From the NCBI GenBank assembly GCA_027622665.1, contig JAQBYT010000003.1, positions 1 through 64,000 on the forward strand: a stretch of 64,000 bases of DNA, written 5' to 3'. Position 1 is the stretch's first letter, and each line of letters starts with the position of its first letter. A program made the translations under genes and the position numbers. This document shows positions 40,074 to 50,435 of the stretch, piece by piece. This stretch comes from Verrucomicrobiota bacterium (GTDB lineage: Bacteria > Verrucomicrobiota > Verrucomicrobiia > Opitutales > Seribacteraceae). A model generated the notes under the pieces. It was not told where the DNA came from and did not search any database. It worked only from the letters and a program-made list of their open reading frames with translations.

Positions 40074-40106
40074 AAAACCTCCGACTCTTGGAACCGGAGG
40101 TTTATT
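40074..40106. terminator. Bidirectional intrinsic terminator
   Basis: AAACCTCCG...CGGAGGTTT inverted repeat flanked by A- and T-runs, between convergent genes. Confidence 0.7.
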
Positions 40107-40124
40107 GGGAGAATTGCCGAAAAA

Positions 40125-40604
40125 TTATTTCTTTTTAGGCGCTTCCACCGTAATCGTAACCTTCTCGGACACGACCGGCGGATTGTGTGGGATGTGGGCG
40201 AAGTCGGCCAAGACCAGTTGCAAGGTATGCTTACCGGGTTTTAGCTCGAGGATCGCTTCAGTTTGGCCTCCGCCAAAGTGCTTCAGGTTGTCGCTCGCGA
40301 CCAAAGGTTGATCCAACGGGGGGAGTTTGTCCATATCGACAAGGAGGTGGTGATGCCCGGTATCCGGGGGTGACTTGCCTTCGGGAGTAATGATTCCGGC
40401 CGGACAGACGCCCATGCCTTTTAGACCAAAGACAACCTTGAACTTGGGTTTCACCGTCTTTCCGTCCTTGGGCAGAATAACATAGGCCTTGGCGCCCTTT
40501 GGTGAAGGAGTGCGTGGCAATTTATTGGCATCCGGCTTGGCCGCGGACAAGAAGGAAACAGCGAGGATGGAGGCGATGCAGACAAACGATTTGAGAATCT
40601 TCAT
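40125..40604 (-). CDS. DUF4399 domain protein (exported)
   Basis: Signal peptide MKILKSFVCIASILAVSFLSA; VVFGLKGM; TGHHHLLVD; HFGGGQTE; LKPGKHTLQLVLAD. Confidence 0.85.
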   Translation of the reverse strand: MKILKSFVCIASILAVSFLSAAKPDANKLPRTPSPKGAKAYVILPKDGKTVKPKFKVVFGLKGMGVCPAGIITPEGKSPPDTGHHHLLVDMDKLPPLDQPLVASDNLKHFGGGQTEAILELKPGKHTLQLVLADFAHIPHNPPVVSEKVTITVEAPKKK

Positions 40605-40698
40605 GATTGGGTGGATTGGAGGGTGTTCACGAATAAGGTTCGTTTCATAGTCAGAACAAAGGCATTGCGAGCGACAAGAAAGAAGTGCCGAAATTTCT

Positions 40699-41550
40699 TC
40701 AATACCTGCGAAAAGAGGGCTCAGATCGTTGGAGAGCCGCATAGAGTGACGTACGGGTAGCAGCCATAACTTTGCGGAGTGCGATGGAGTCGGCCGCGAG
40801 AATTTTGATCACCCATCCTCCACGCTGAAGGCGAGTTGCGCCGATTCGGGTTTGCTCGTCGGAAAGGGAGTGCAGATCGTCGCGACCGGGAAGATCAGTG
40901 ACAATCTTTTCGGAGAGACAATAAAAAGCGGCGTACCAAGGAGTGGGAAAAGCCTTGGTCCAAGGTAGTAAACTACCGTCGTCGGGACGAAGCCGAAAGC
41001 TTTCTCGAGCGACCGGATAGCCATTGATGTGGATTCTTAGCTTATTTGAAAATTCACTAAAGGCAAAGGATTCACCATGAGCGACGCGTCCGGGAGCGAT
41101 GGACTCTGTAAAGATAAGCTCGCCTCCGGAAGCAACCTCTATGGCGGTTGACTGGACGAGATGGGAGTCGCGCTGAAGGATCAGAATTTCAGGGGCATAC
41201 TCGAGAAAACCGCCGGACTCTACAACGAGACGTTGCTCGACGATTGCCTTCCCCCCGCGCATGGCGTGAGCTCGGGTGGCTCCCGGGGTGGTGAGGAGGA
41301 GACGGCCACCGGGACCCACGGTGACGTCGCACCGGACTCGGTCGTTTTCGAGAAGACCGGCGGTGGGACAGGCAAGGTTGACGAGCAAAACATCGGCGTC
41401 TTGATCATGGTAGGGCTTGCCGATGTGTATGGGAGGACGAAAGTACTGACGCTCCAGAATCGGGCGACCTTCCGAGTCGGCCGCGCAACGCAGTTCCACC
41501 CCACCCGACAACCCAAGGGCGGAGGGAGGGAGGTCTGCAGGCGGTTTCAC
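40699..41550 (-). CDS. ureD: Urease accessory protein UreD
   Basis: [37 protein letters not shown]; last gene of the ure cluster. Confidence 0.88.
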   Translation of the reverse strand: MKPPADLPPSALGLSGGVELRCAADSEGRPILERQYFRPPIHIGKPYHDQDADVLLVNLACPTAGLLENDRVRCDVTVGPGGRLLLTTPGATRAHAMRGGKAIVEQRLVVESGGFLEYAPEILILQRDSHLVQSTAIEVASGGELIFTESIAPGRVAHGESFAFSEFSNKLRIHINGYPVARESFRLRPDDGSLLPWTKAFPTPWYAAFYCLSEKIVTDLPGRDDLHSLSDEQTRIGATRLQRGGWVIKILAADSIALRKVMAATRTSLYAALQRSEPSFRRY

Positions 41551-42173
41551 GAAAAGAGAAATTCTCGCCTAAGCCAAGCGACGACTTCGTCGAGTCCCTT
41601 GTAAGTCTTGAGATCGGTGAAGAGATATGGACGCTCCTCCCTCATTTTTTTGGAATCACGATCCATGACGTCTAGGTCGGCTCCCACCAGTGGCGCGAGA
41701 TCGGTCTTGTTGATGACAAGGAGGTCGGAATGCTTGATTGCGGGACCACCCTTGCGGGGAATTTTGTCCCCCTCGGCCACGTCGATGACGTAGATGAAAA
41801 CATCCACGAGCTCAGGGGAGAAGGTCGCGGATAAATTATCACCCCCGCTTTCGAGAAGCACGAGCTGGGTGTCGGGATGGAGCATCAGTAGTTGCTCGAT
41901 GGCCGCAGCGTTCATGCTGGTATCGTCGCGTATCGCAGTATGGGGGCAACCTCCGGTCTCGACGCCCATTATACGATCTGCAGGCAGGGCCTTGTTCCGT
42001 GCAAGAAACTGAGCATCTTCCAAAGTGTAGATATCGTTGGTGATCACAACCATGCAAAAATCATCTCTAAGTCTTTCGCAAAGGCGAAGAGTGAGCATGG
42101 TTTTTCCGGAGCCTACGGGACCACCGATGCCAACGCGAACGGGACGGGAGAAATCGTGATTGTTTTCAGTCAT
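41547..42173 (-). CDS. ureG: Urease accessory GTPase UreG
   Basis: [49 protein letters not shown]. Start placed at MTENNH. Confidence 0.96.
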   Translation of the reverse strand: MTENNHDFSRPVRVGIGGPVGSGKTMLTLRLCERLRDDFCMVVITNDIYTLEDAQFLARNKALPADRIMGVETGGCPHTAIRDDTSMNAAAIEQLLMLHPDTQLVLLESGGDNLSATFSPELVDVFIYVIDVAEGDKIPRKGGPAIKHSDLLVINKTDLAPLVGADLDVMDRDSKKMREERPYLFTDLKTYKGLDEVVAWLRREFLFS

Positions 42174-42904
42174 GATATAAAGAGACGAGAAAAGGCAGTT
42201 TCGTGACGAGCGGAAGCAACATCGAGAAGTGGATTGAACCAACCCGCGTCATTCCGCTCCACGAAGCACGAGCGACGAACCAGTTCGCGAACGGTTTCAG
42301 GTTGGAGGCAGGATCGAATAATTCGCTGGCAAGCTACTTCTCCGATACGGAGTAGTTTCACGGACGCGGAACAAAAGGTGGATACCGACTGGTAGACCCA
42401 AGCAATCAGCATCGACTCGAGAGGGGTTCCTTGTGACGATCGGAGAAGAGACCATACGGTAATCTGGTGGCAGGGAGACTTTCGTTCGATGGCCTTCCGT
42501 GCGAAGGCGCGGGCGAATTCGTCGTCAAAGACCTGATCGAGCATGCGGAGCAATTGGCGACCCTGAGACACGCTTGCTTCACGGATTTCGCGGGTAAGTT
42601 TCCATGACCCGATTTCCTCGTCCAGTGCAAAAAGGGCCTCGCAGTCGTGATTGAGAGCAGCTTCATGGCAGAAACGAAGATAGGGCAACTCAAGGCGCTC
42701 GAGGGTGGGTAAGACGTCTTCGTGGAGGAAGCGTTTGAGACTGGTCGCATCAGTGACTTGCCCCATCGCAACAAGTTCCTCCAAACCATAGGAATGAGCA
42801 TAACCACCCGAGGGAAAGAGGGTGTCGGATGTCTGCAGGAGAGAGGCCAACCAGTCGAGCGACGCGTCGACGGCGACCTCCGACTCAGTGGTGGTGATGC
42901 CCAT
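42170..42904 (-). CDS. ureF: Urease accessory protein UreF
   Basis: [21 protein letters not shown]-terminal [11 protein letters not shown]. Start uncertain. Confidence 0.92.
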   Translation of the reverse strand: MGITTTESEVAVDASLDWLASLLQTSDTLFPSGGYAHSYGLEELVAMGQVTDATSLKRFLHEDVLPTLERLELPYLRFCHEAALNHDCEALFALDEEIGSWKLTREIREASVSQGRQLLRMLDQVFDDEFARAFARKAIERKSPCHQITVWSLLRSSQGTPLESMLIAWVYQSVSTFCSASVKLLRIGEVACQRIIRSCLQPETVRELVRRSCFVERNDAGWFNPLLDVASARHETAFSRLFIS

Positions 42905-43397
42905 GCCCGTGATCGTGAGAGTGGGAATGCGTGTGCCCGTGGTCATGATCATGATCATGATCGTGGTGATGATGGTGACCGGCGGCGGCCACGACGGGCT
43001 GGAATACTTCTTCGGCCTCCTCGAAAGGAATGTCGTTGCGCTCGAGCATCTGGCGGATGGCGAGGTCGTTTTCGACGAGAAGATAACCATCGGTGAACTG
43101 AGCGGGAAAGTGAAGATTGCCTACCTGCCAAGCACGATGAGCCGCTTCGCGAGGATCGGGATAAGCGACCTTGAACACTTGCTCGGGCAATTGCTCGATT
43201 AGGTAGCGTTGCTCATTGGCGAAGTAAAATTGGTCGCCATGCTTGAGAGGGGCGGACAGGTCAAAACCAAAGTCGGTTCCATCGGCTGCTTGACCACGCC
43301 AACGGCGCTTGGCCAATACGCGACGTTCGACCTTGAGACTTACCGAAGGGGAATCCGCACAAGCCTCACCGGCGGGAAGTTCTTTGATTATTTGCAT
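42885..43397 (-). CDS. ureE: Urease accessory protein UreE with His-rich tail
   Basis: KRRWRG; LKHGD; AWQVGNLH; C-terminal [30 protein letters not shown]. Confidence 0.92.
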   Translation of the reverse strand: MQIIKELPAGEACADSPSVSLKVERRVLAKRRWRGQAADGTDFGFDLSAPLKHGDQFYFANEQRYLIEQLPEQVFKVAYPDPREAAHRAWQVGNLHFPAQFTDGYLLVENDLAIRQMLERNDIPFEEAEEVFQPVVAAAGHHHHHDHDHDHDHGHTHSHSHDHGHGHHHH

Positions 43398-43399
43398 AA

Positions 43400-45130
43400 C
43401 TAAAAAAGGAAGTAACGTTGAGCTAGAGGCAATTCCTTAGCGGGCTCGCAGCGAAGCTCGACGCCATCGGCCTTGACAATGTAGGTCTCCGGATCGACCT
43501 CGATTTTCGGCAGGGTGTCATTGAGAACCAAGTCGGCCTTGCCAATCGATCGAGTGTCTTTTACAGGGACAAGACGCTTGGCGAGGTCGAGGTGATCGAG
43601 ACCGGCCTCGAACGCGGCTTGGCTAACGAAGGAAACCGATGTGGCGGCCTTGGCTCGCCCATGGGCGGCGAACTGGGGACGGTAGTGCATGGGCTGAGGC
43701 GTGGGGATGGAGGCGTTGGGATCTCCCATGTTGGCGCAGGCGATAAAGCCACCCTTGAGCACGAGCTCGGGCTTGACCCCGAAAAAGGCGGGCTTGAAGA
43801 GAACAAGGTCTGCCAGTTTGCCCACCTCGATAGAACCAAGTTCGTGACCGAGGCCATTTGCAATGGCGGGATTGATCGTGTACTTGGCGATGTAACGAAG
43901 AGCCCGAAAGTTGTCGGCAGCCGGATGGTTGGCGTCTTCCAGTTTGCCGAATTGCTTCTTCATTTTATCGGCAGTCTGCCAAGTGCGACAGAGCACCTCC
44001 CCCACCCTGCCCATGGCCTGACTGTCGCTGGCCATGATGGAAAAGGCTCCGAGGTCGTGCAGGATATCTTCGGCGGCAATGGTCTCGGGGCGAATGCGGG
44101 ATTCGGCGAATGCAACGTCCTCGGGAATCTTGGAATCCAGATGGTGACACACCATGAGCATATCGAGATGCTCGTCGATGGTGTTGACGGTGAAAGGACG
44201 AGTGGGATTGGTGGAAGACGGCAAAACGTTCGCTTCACCGCATACTCGAATGATGTCCGGCGCATGCCCGCCACCGGCTCCCTCGGAGTGAAAAGTATGG
44301 ATGGTTCTACCCTTGAAGGCGGCCATGGAATCCTCGACAAAGCCGGCCTCATTGAGAGTATCGGTGTGAATGGCGACCTGCACGTCCATTTCATCGGCCA
44401 CGCCGAGACAGACGTTGATTGCGGCGGGAGTGGTGCCCCAGTCCTCGTGAAGCTTGAGTCCCATGGCGCCGGCTCGCACCTGTTGACGGAGAGCCTCGGG
44501 AGAAGATGAATTACCTTTACCGAGGAAGCCGAGGTTCATCGGGTATTCCTCGGCCGCCTGTAGCATGCGACCGATGTTCCAGGCGCCGGGTGTACAAGTC
44601 GTGGCGTTTGTACCGGTGGCGGGACCGGTGCCCCCGCCTACCATGGATGTGACCCCGCTTGCCAGAGCTTCCTCTATTTGCTGCGGACAGATAAAGTGGA
44701 CGTGACCGTCGAACCCTCCGGCGGTAAGAATCATCCCCTCCCCCGCGATGACCTCGGTACCGGCGCCTACGACCATGACCGGATCGATGCCGTCTTGGAT
44801 GAGAGGATTGCCACCGTGACCGATACCCGCGATGCGACCGTCCTTCACCCCGACATCCGCCTTGATGACGCCTTGAACGGCGTCGATGATGGTCGCGTTG
44901 GTGATCACGAGATCCAGGCATTCGTCGTCCTCGGCTAGGGGCGACTGCCCCATGCCGTCGCGGATGACCTTGCCGCCACCAAATTTGATTTCGTTGCCGT
45001 AGCCACCGTTCTCGGCAATGAGATCGCGCTCGACCTCGATGAAGAGTTCGGTATCGGCCAGGCGCACTTGGTCGCCCACGGTGGGGCCATAAGTCTCGGC
45101 GTATTGCCTACGTGTAAATTCCAAGCTCAT
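43400..45130 (-). CDS. ureC: Urease subunit alpha
   Basis: [75 protein letters not shown]. Confidence 0.98.
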   Translation of the reverse strand: MSLEFTRRQYAETYGPTVGDQVRLADTELFIEVERDLIAENGGYGNEIKFGGGKVIRDGMGQSPLAEDDECLDLVITNATIIDAVQGVIKADVGVKDGRIAGIGHGGNPLIQDGIDPVMVVGAGTEVIAGEGMILTAGGFDGHVHFICPQQIEEALASGVTSMVGGGTGPATGTNATTCTPGAWNIGRMLQAAEEYPMNLGFLGKGNSSSPEALRQQVRAGAMGLKLHEDWGTTPAAINVCLGVADEMDVQVAIHTDTLNEAGFVEDSMAAFKGRTIHTFHSEGAGGGHAPDIIRVCGEANVLPSSTNPTRPFTVNTIDEHLDMLMVCHHLDSKIPEDVAFAESRIRPETIAAEDILHDLGAFSIMASDSQAMGRVGEVLCRTWQTADKMKKQFGKLEDANHPAADNFRALRYIAKYTINPAIANGLGHELGSIEVGKLADLVLFKPAFFGVKPELVLKGGFIACANMGDPNASIPTPQPMHYRPQFAAHGRAKAATSVSFVSQAAFEAGLDHLDLAKRLVPVKDTRSIGKADLVLNDTLPKIEVDPETYIVKADGVELRCEPAKELPLAQRYFLF

Positions 45131-45450
45131 GATTCGGCGTCAAGGTGACCATCGGTGAGGTTGTTCAATCCGTATACTCGTCGCTCGCCCGCAAGGGCCA
45201 CAAGTTCGATTTCCTTGCTGTCGCCGGGCTCGAAGCGCACGGCCGAACCAGCGGGAATATTAAGCCGAAAACCGCGGGCGGCGCCACGGTCGAAATCAAG
45301 GGCGCGATTGACCTCGAAGAAATGAAAGTGGCTACCCACTTGGATTGGCCTATCCCCCACGTTGCTCACTGCGAGCACTTTGGTCTCGAGCCCCTCGTTG
45401 GCAACCAGCGGAGGTGCATTCTCGGGCACAATGATCTCGCCCGGAATCAT
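45127..45450 (-). CDS. ureB: Urease subunit beta
   Basis: [37 protein letters not shown]. Confidence 0.98.
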   Translation of the reverse strand: MIPGEIIVPENAPPLVANEGLETKVLAVSNVGDRPIQVGSHFHFFEVNRALDFDRGAARGFRLNIPAGSAVRFEPGDSKEIELVALAGERRVYGLNNLTDGHLDAES

Positions 45451-45749
45451 CGGATCGGATTATGGACGGTCACCAGCTTGGTGCCATCGAGGAAGGTAGC
45501 CTCAACTTGCACTTCGGCCATCATCTCGGGCACACCCTCCATGACGTCGTCCCGCTTGAGGATGGTCGACCCGTAGCTCATGAGCTCTGCCACCGACTTA
45601 CCGTCTCGAGCCCCCTCCAGCACTTCGTAGCTCACCAGAGCAACGGACTCCGGATAATTCAGCTTGAGGCCACGCGAACGCCGCCGTTGAGCCAAGTCTG
45701 CGGCTACGACTATCATTAGTTTGTCTTTTTCTCGTGGCGAGAGATGCAT
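45447..45749 (-). CDS. ureA: Urease subunit gamma
   Basis: [38 protein letters not shown]. Confidence 0.98.
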   Translation of the reverse strand: MHLSPREKDKLMIVVAADLAQRRRSRGLKLNYPESVALVSYEVLEGARDGKSVAELMSYGSTILKRDDVMEGVPEMMAEVQVEATFLDGTKLVTVHNPIR

Positions 45750-45811
45750 GAATGGGCGAGGATTGTAGGAAAGACTAGAGGAGATAGAAGAAACTTGGCA
45801 AGCACAGTATC

Positions 45812-46516
45812 CTAGACGCTGAGGTGTCGGCGAACGAGGGAATCGTCCAGCTCGGCAGTGGGACCTTCGGCAACAAAACTCCCGCGGTTCATTACGTGAA
45901 AACTGTCGGCGAACTCGCGTACGAAATCAACGTATTGCTCGACCAACAGTACGGCAAGGTTCCGTTCCTCGACGAGCCTGCGGATGACCTTGCCTATCTC
46001 GGTAATGACGTTTGGCTGGACGCCCTCGGTGGGTTCGTCGAGGACGAGAATCGAAGGGTTCGTTACGAGGGCTCGGGAAATAGCGAGTTGTTGTTGCTGA
46101 CCTCCCGAGAGGTCGCCACCCCGTCGCCGGCGCATTTCCCAGAGGATGGGGAAGATAGTATAGACCTCATCGGGAACGATGGTCTTGCCCGCACCCGCGG
46201 CCTCCAGTCCCACCCTGAGGTTTTCCTCGACCGTAAGTCGTGGAAAGATCTGGCGCCCCTGCGGTACGTAACCGATGCCGGCGGCAGCCCGCTCGTTGGC
46301 GGGTCGGTGAGTGAAGTCCTTGCCGCCGAGCGATATGCTTCCTTTGCTGAGTGTCTCCAATCCCATGACGTTTCGAAGCAAAGTGGTCTTGCCCGCGCCG
46401 TTGCGGCCCATGACGCAAACAATGGTTCCCGCCTCGGCATTCAAATCCAGACCACGCAACACCTGAACCTCCCCGTAAGAAAATTCCAGATCCCTCACCT
46501 CCAGCAAAGCGGTCAT
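45812..46516 (-). CDS. urtE: Urea ABC transporter ATP-binding subunit UrtE
   Basis: [39 protein letters not shown]. Start re-placed at MTALLEV. Confidence 0.92.
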   Translation of the reverse strand: MTALLEVRDLEFSYGEVQVLRGLDLNAEAGTIVCVMGRNGAGKTTLLRNVMGLETLSKGSISLGGKDFTHRPANERAAAGIGYVPQGRQIFPRLTVEENLRVGLEAAGAGKTIVPDEVYTIFPILWEMRRRRGGDLSGGQQQQLAISRALVTNPSILVLDEPTEGVQPNVITEIGKVIRRLVEERNLAVLLVEQYVDFVREFADSFHVMNRGSFVAEGPTAELDDSLVRRHLSV

Positions 46517-47361
46517 CGTCCCAGATAGGCCTCCCGCACCAGTTCGTTTTGCTCGACTTCCTCGAGTGGCCCCTCGGCGAGCACCTTGCCCTCGTTGAGG
46601 ACGGTGACTGTCGAATCGAGACGTCGGACGAAGTCCATGTCGTGCTCGATCACCACAATGGTGTGCTCCTTGGCCAACTCGAGGAGAAGCTCGGCCGTCT
46701 GCTCGGTCTCGATGTCGGTCAGACCTGCAGCCGGTTCGTCCACGAGAAGCAACTTGGGTTCGGATATGATCAGGGCGCTTATGGCCAGCCATTGGCGCTG
46801 CCCGTGACTGAGAGACTTCGCAGGGAGGTCGCGCTCATCGATGAGGTGGACGCGCTCGAGTATGCGATGAATGTTCTCGCGCTCGGCCTTGGTCTCGCCA
46901 CGGAAAAGATTCCCGCGCCACCCTTGGTTGCCCGGCAAGCCCAACATGAGGTTCTCGTAGGTGGTGAGACTGTCGAATACGGTGGGGGTCTGAAATTTGC
47001 GACCGATCCCCATGAGGGCGATGTCGGACTCCGATTTGCTGGTAATTTCCTCCCCATCGAAGAATACCCGACCGGTGGTCGGATTGGTCTTCCCGCTCAC
47101 GAGGTCGCAGAAGGTGGTCTTGCCCGCGCCGTTGGGGCCGATGACAACACGGACCTTTCCGGTCTCGATGCCCAGCATGGGCACGTCGACGGCGGTAAAG
47201 CCATCGAACACGGCGGTAAGATCCTCGACGAAGAGCATATAGCGCTTCGCCCAGACGTCGCGATTCACCTGCGTGGGCCGGAAGTCGACGTACTTGGCCA
47301 AGGCCTCTTTGGAGGCGTTCTCCAGAGCCTCGACCGATTCCTTCTCCTTGATCGCCCTCAT
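46513..47361 (-). CDS. urtD: Urea ABC transporter ATP-binding subunit UrtD
   Basis: GPNGAGKTT; GIGRKFQTP; LSHGQRQWL; VDEPAAG; IEHDM; AYLGR. Start re-placed at MRAIKEK. Confidence 0.92.
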   Translation of the reverse strand: MRAIKEKESVEALENASKEALAKYVDFRPTQVNRDVWAKRYMLFVEDLTAVFDGFTAVDVPMLGIETGKVRVVIGPNGAGKTTFCDLVSGKTNPTTGRVFFDGEEITSKSESDIALMGIGRKFQTPTVFDSLTTYENLMLGLPGNQGWRGNLFRGETKAERENIHRILERVHLIDERDLPAKSLSHGQRQWLAISALIISEPKLLLVDEPAAGLTDIETEQTAELLLELAKEHTIVVIEHDMDFVRRLDSTVTVLNEGKVLAEGPLEEVEQNELVREAYLGR

Positions 47362-48581
47362 GCCTGTTCCCTTGGTTTGCGAGCGGATCGCAGGTGAGAG
47401 AGTTTCTGGCGAAGGCTCATTAGTCCCTGTGGCAAGAAAAGCACGACAGCGATGAACAGACCACCGAGAATGAATTGCCAATAATCCGCCTTCCAAGTGA
47501 AGAAAAAGAAATCGTGCTCGGAAGTGAAGTAATTGTAGAGCAGGTTGACCGTGAGGGCTCCGAGGATGGCTCCCGACAAGGTGCCTCGCCCACCCACAGC
47601 GACCCACACCACGATGAGGATGGACTTCACCGCCTCCATGTCGGCGGGCGTGGTGATCTTCATCTGGGGAGCATAAAGCATACCTGCCAGACCCGCGAGA
47701 GCTGCAGCCACGCAGAAGGCGAAGAGCTTGTAGACGTACGGACGGTAGCCGAAGAAGCGGAGCGTACTCTCGTCGTCGCGGATGGCCACCAGCACGCGAC
47801 CGAGACGGGATCGCACGATCCAGCGACACAGGAAATAGGATGCGAAGAGGGCCGCTACCGTAACGAGATAGAGCGCGAGTTGAACATTCGGTTCGGCGAG
47901 AGAGAACCCGGCATCGGAAGCGTAAGAACCTGAGTTGGACGGTGAAAAGGTAAAGATCGACTCGGATCCCGCGATCTTGTCGAACCGGGTCAACCCATTG
48001 GTACCGCACAGTTTCACGTCGTTGCGGCAAAAAACTAGCCATCCAGCCACCGCTATAGCCTGAGAGAGAATGGCGAAGTAGACGCCTTTCACGCGGCTAC
48101 GGAAAACGAAGTAGCCGAGTGCAAAGGCCGCCACCGCTGGTATGACGAGTCCGAGCAGAATGGTCAGAGGCAGGTTCCAAAAGGGTTTCCAAAACCAAGG
48201 GACAAGGGCGTCGCCCGGAGCTTCCCCCACCTCATAGGGATACACGACGTATAGGCAGGCGGGCAGTTTCCAACCATTGGCATCCACAATGCCCTCGGGA
48301 CCGCCATGATGGGCGAGATACATTCCCATTGCATAGGAGCCAAGGCAGAAGAAGGTAGCTTGGCACAAGCTAAGGATGCCCACGTACCCCCAGAGCAAAT
48401 CAAGCCCGACCGCAACGATGGCGTAGGTCATGTAGCGACCGAGCATGTTGACCGTCTCGATGGATATGGCCCCCATAAAGTAAAGCGCCGGAATAACGAC
48501 CAAACCCAAAAGCGCCAACAATTGGACGGCCTTCATCGACCTCATGTTTTCCATCCCCAAAATGGGTTTCCCTTCAGTCAT
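47358..48581 (-). CDS. urtC: Urea ABC transporter permease UrtC
   Basis: LDLLWGYVGILSL; FRSRVKGVYFAILSQA; GTNGLT; AIRDDE; WVAVGGRGTL. Confidence 0.92.
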   Translation of the reverse strand: MTEGKPILGMENMRSMKAVQLLALLGLVVIPALYFMGAISIETVNMLGRYMTYAIVAVGLDLLWGYVGILSLCQATFFCLGSYAMGMYLAHHGGPEGIVDANGWKLPACLYVVYPYEVGEAPGDALVPWFWKPFWNLPLTILLGLVIPAVAAFALGYFVFRSRVKGVYFAILSQAIAVAGWLVFCRNDVKLCGTNGLTRFDKIAGSESIFTFSPSNSGSYASDAGFSLAEPNVQLALYLVTVAALFASYFLCRWIVRSRLGRVLVAIRDDESTLRFFGYRPYVYKLFAFCVAAALAGLAGMLYAPQMKITTPADMEAVKSILIVVWVAVGGRGTLSGAILGALTVNLLYNYFTSEHDFFFFTWKADYWQFILGGLFIAVVLFLPQGLMSLRQKLSHLRSARKPREQA

Positions 48582-50349
48582 CCGCAGACCTCCCCTTGGG
48601 TGCGAAAAGTCCCGATGGTCGGAACTGGATGAAGGCCACAATGAGAATCAACAGGACGACCTTGGCCCAAACGGGCCCCACGAGGAAGTCCCCGAACTCG
48701 ATAGGCTCTATCGTCTTGGTGATAACCCCGATCCCCAATCCCGAGCAGATTACTCCCGCCAATTCGCCGACTCCACCCGCAACTACCACGAGGAAGGAAT
48801 CCACGATGAAGTTGGTCTGGCCCATGTCGGGAGTGACCCCACCGATGATGGTCCAACCGTAACCCGCTACGCCCGCAATGCCCGAACCAAGGGCGAAAGT
48901 GAAGCGGTCGACGTTGCGCGTTCTCACGCCGAGGCTCTCAGCCATGTCGCGGTTCTGCATGGTGGCCCGCATCAACATTCCCTGCTTCGTTCGTTGCATA
49001 ATAAAATAAACGAAGCCCACGCAGGCAGCGCAGAGCCCAAGCAGGTAAAGCCGGGCGTAAGGCAGGATGACGTCTTGCGTCACCTCCCAGCCACCACGGG
49101 CCCAAGTAGGCGCGTTCACGCCGATATTGTCTCCGTAGATCACCCGGGCCAACTGGATGAGGATGAGTCCCACCCCCCAAGTCGCCAGCAAGGACTCCAG
49201 GGGACGATTATAAAGGTGACGCACAACGAGCCACTCCATGATCAATCCGACGAAAGCCGCCACAAGGAAGGCCGCGGGCAAGGCGGCAAGGTAGTAACCA
49301 TCAACCGGATTGTCGGGCGTGTGCCCAAAAGCCAGTTGCATCTCGTAAGTGACGTAAGCCCCGATCATCATCAATTCGCCGTGGGCCATGTTGATCACCC
49401 CCATCAAGCCGAAGGTGATGGCGAGGCCCAAAGCCATAAGTATAAGCACGGATCCGTAGGAGATTCCTCGAAAGGCGTTGCCCACACGATCGACAAAGGC
49501 TTGGTGTCCCTCGATACGTTTGATCGCCGCCTCGCAAACTTTTGTTGCTTCCACTCGATCTTCGGAGGAGACATCGGCGAACTCCTCTTCGCCCTGTTGC
49601 ATTTTCTTGAGAAAATCCCCCACACGCGGCAAAGCCCTGATGCTCTCGATTTCAGACAGTTGGCGAATCGCCTCCACACGGTCGGCAAAGGTGGAGTCGG
49701 GAGCCTTCGCCACCAAGCGGACGAGAAGGATGCTCTCGTTGGCCACCCAGCGGATCTTCGGATCTTCGTCCGTTTCGGCAATTTCCTTCAGAAAAGGCAA
49801 GGCGTCCGCAATATAGGGCGGGTCGCCACACTTCATTACCCCGGACATACGGGTATCAAAGTCAGGCGAGAAAAGGCGAAGGAGAAACTTCGAGGCATTG
49901 ACGAGCTTCCGCAGCTTGCGTCCGGGGCTGATGTCCTCGAGGTCGAAGACGTCCGGCTTGGGCTGCTTGCCGGCAATGATAATTGCCTTGCCCGTGAGGG
50001 GGTCAAACAGGTGTGCGAACTCGTTGAGGTCGTCGTCCTTCCCGGTCTGCTCGTTCACCACAATGCGGACGTTTCCATCCTCATCCGGCCAGTTGTAGAC
50101 GCTGCCTTGGCGATACAACTCGAAGAAACGCGCTAGGCGCAGGTCACCCGTCTTGGCCAACCGCTTGACCGTTTCCTCGATCAGGTCGTCGTCACCCGAT
50201 GCCAAGTCTGGCAAGAGGGCAAGGATGTCCTCGTCGGTGGCGACGTCCGGAGGCGCCGATTCCTTGTCCGTGGCGTTCGTCTCCCCTTGCCCCCAGGCAA
50301 CGCATACGGCGAAAAGGGAACCAAACAGCAATACCGCTATGCTCTTCAA
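48574..50349 (-). CDS. urtB: Urea ABC transporter permease UrtB with long N-terminal periplasmic helical domain
   Basis: GLAITFGLMGVINMAHGE; RPLESLLATWG; DSFLVVVAGG; RPSGLF. A TTG start at 50349 gives a signal peptide and lies downstream of the intergenic hairpin. Confidence 0.9.
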   Translation of the reverse strand: MKSIAVLLFGSLFAVCVAWGQGETNATDKESAPPDVATDEDILALLPDLASGDDDLIEETVKRLAKTGDLRLARFFELYRQGSVYNWPDEDGNVRIVVNEQTGKDDDLNEFAHLFDPLTGKAIIIAGKQPKPDVFDLEDISPGRKLRKLVNASKFLLRLFSPDFDTRMSGVMKCGDPPYIADALPFLKEIAETDEDPKIRWVANESILLVRLVAKAPDSTFADRVEAIRQLSEIESIRALPRVGDFLKKMQQGEEEFADVSSEDRVEATKVCEAAIKRIEGHQAFVDRVGNAFRGISYGSVLILMALGLAITFGLMGVINMAHGELMMIGAYVTYEMQLAFGHTPDNPVDGYYLAALPAAFLVAAFVGLIMEWLVVRHLYNRPLESLLATWGVGLILIQLARVIYGDNIGVNAPTWARGGWEVTQDVILPYARLYLLGLCAACVGFVYFIMQRTKQGMLMRATMQNRDMAESLGVRTRNVDRFTFALGSGIAGVAGYGWTIIGGVTPDMGQTNFIVDSFLVVVAGGVGELAGVICSGLGIGVITKTIEPIEFGDFLVGPVWAKVVLLILIVAFIQFRPSGLFAPKGRSADD

Positions 50350-50365
50350 AAAAATTCTTGCAGTT

Positions 50366-50406
50366 AATAATAGAACGGATCCGGCCGTGTAAAACGACCG
50401 GATCCG
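50366..50406 (-). terminator. Hairpin between urtA and urtB (partial terminator or transcript stabiliser)
   Basis: Minus strand: CGGATCCGGTCGT-TTTAC-ACGGCCGGATCCG followed by TTCTATTATT. Confidence 0.6.
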
Positions 50407-50435
50407 GCCCAAAAGGTTAAAAAGTATGACTTGGC

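Noticed and set aside
42888..42980. CATGAT-type tandem repeats
   Set aside because: Fully explained by the His/Asp-rich nickel-binding tail of UreE.
45812..48042. Apparent long N-terminal extensions on UrtE and UrtD (also on UreF, UreG, SppA, DUF4399 and the 57718 ORF)
   Set aside because: Artefacts of longest-ORF calling that run into neighbouring genes; better downstream starts exist.
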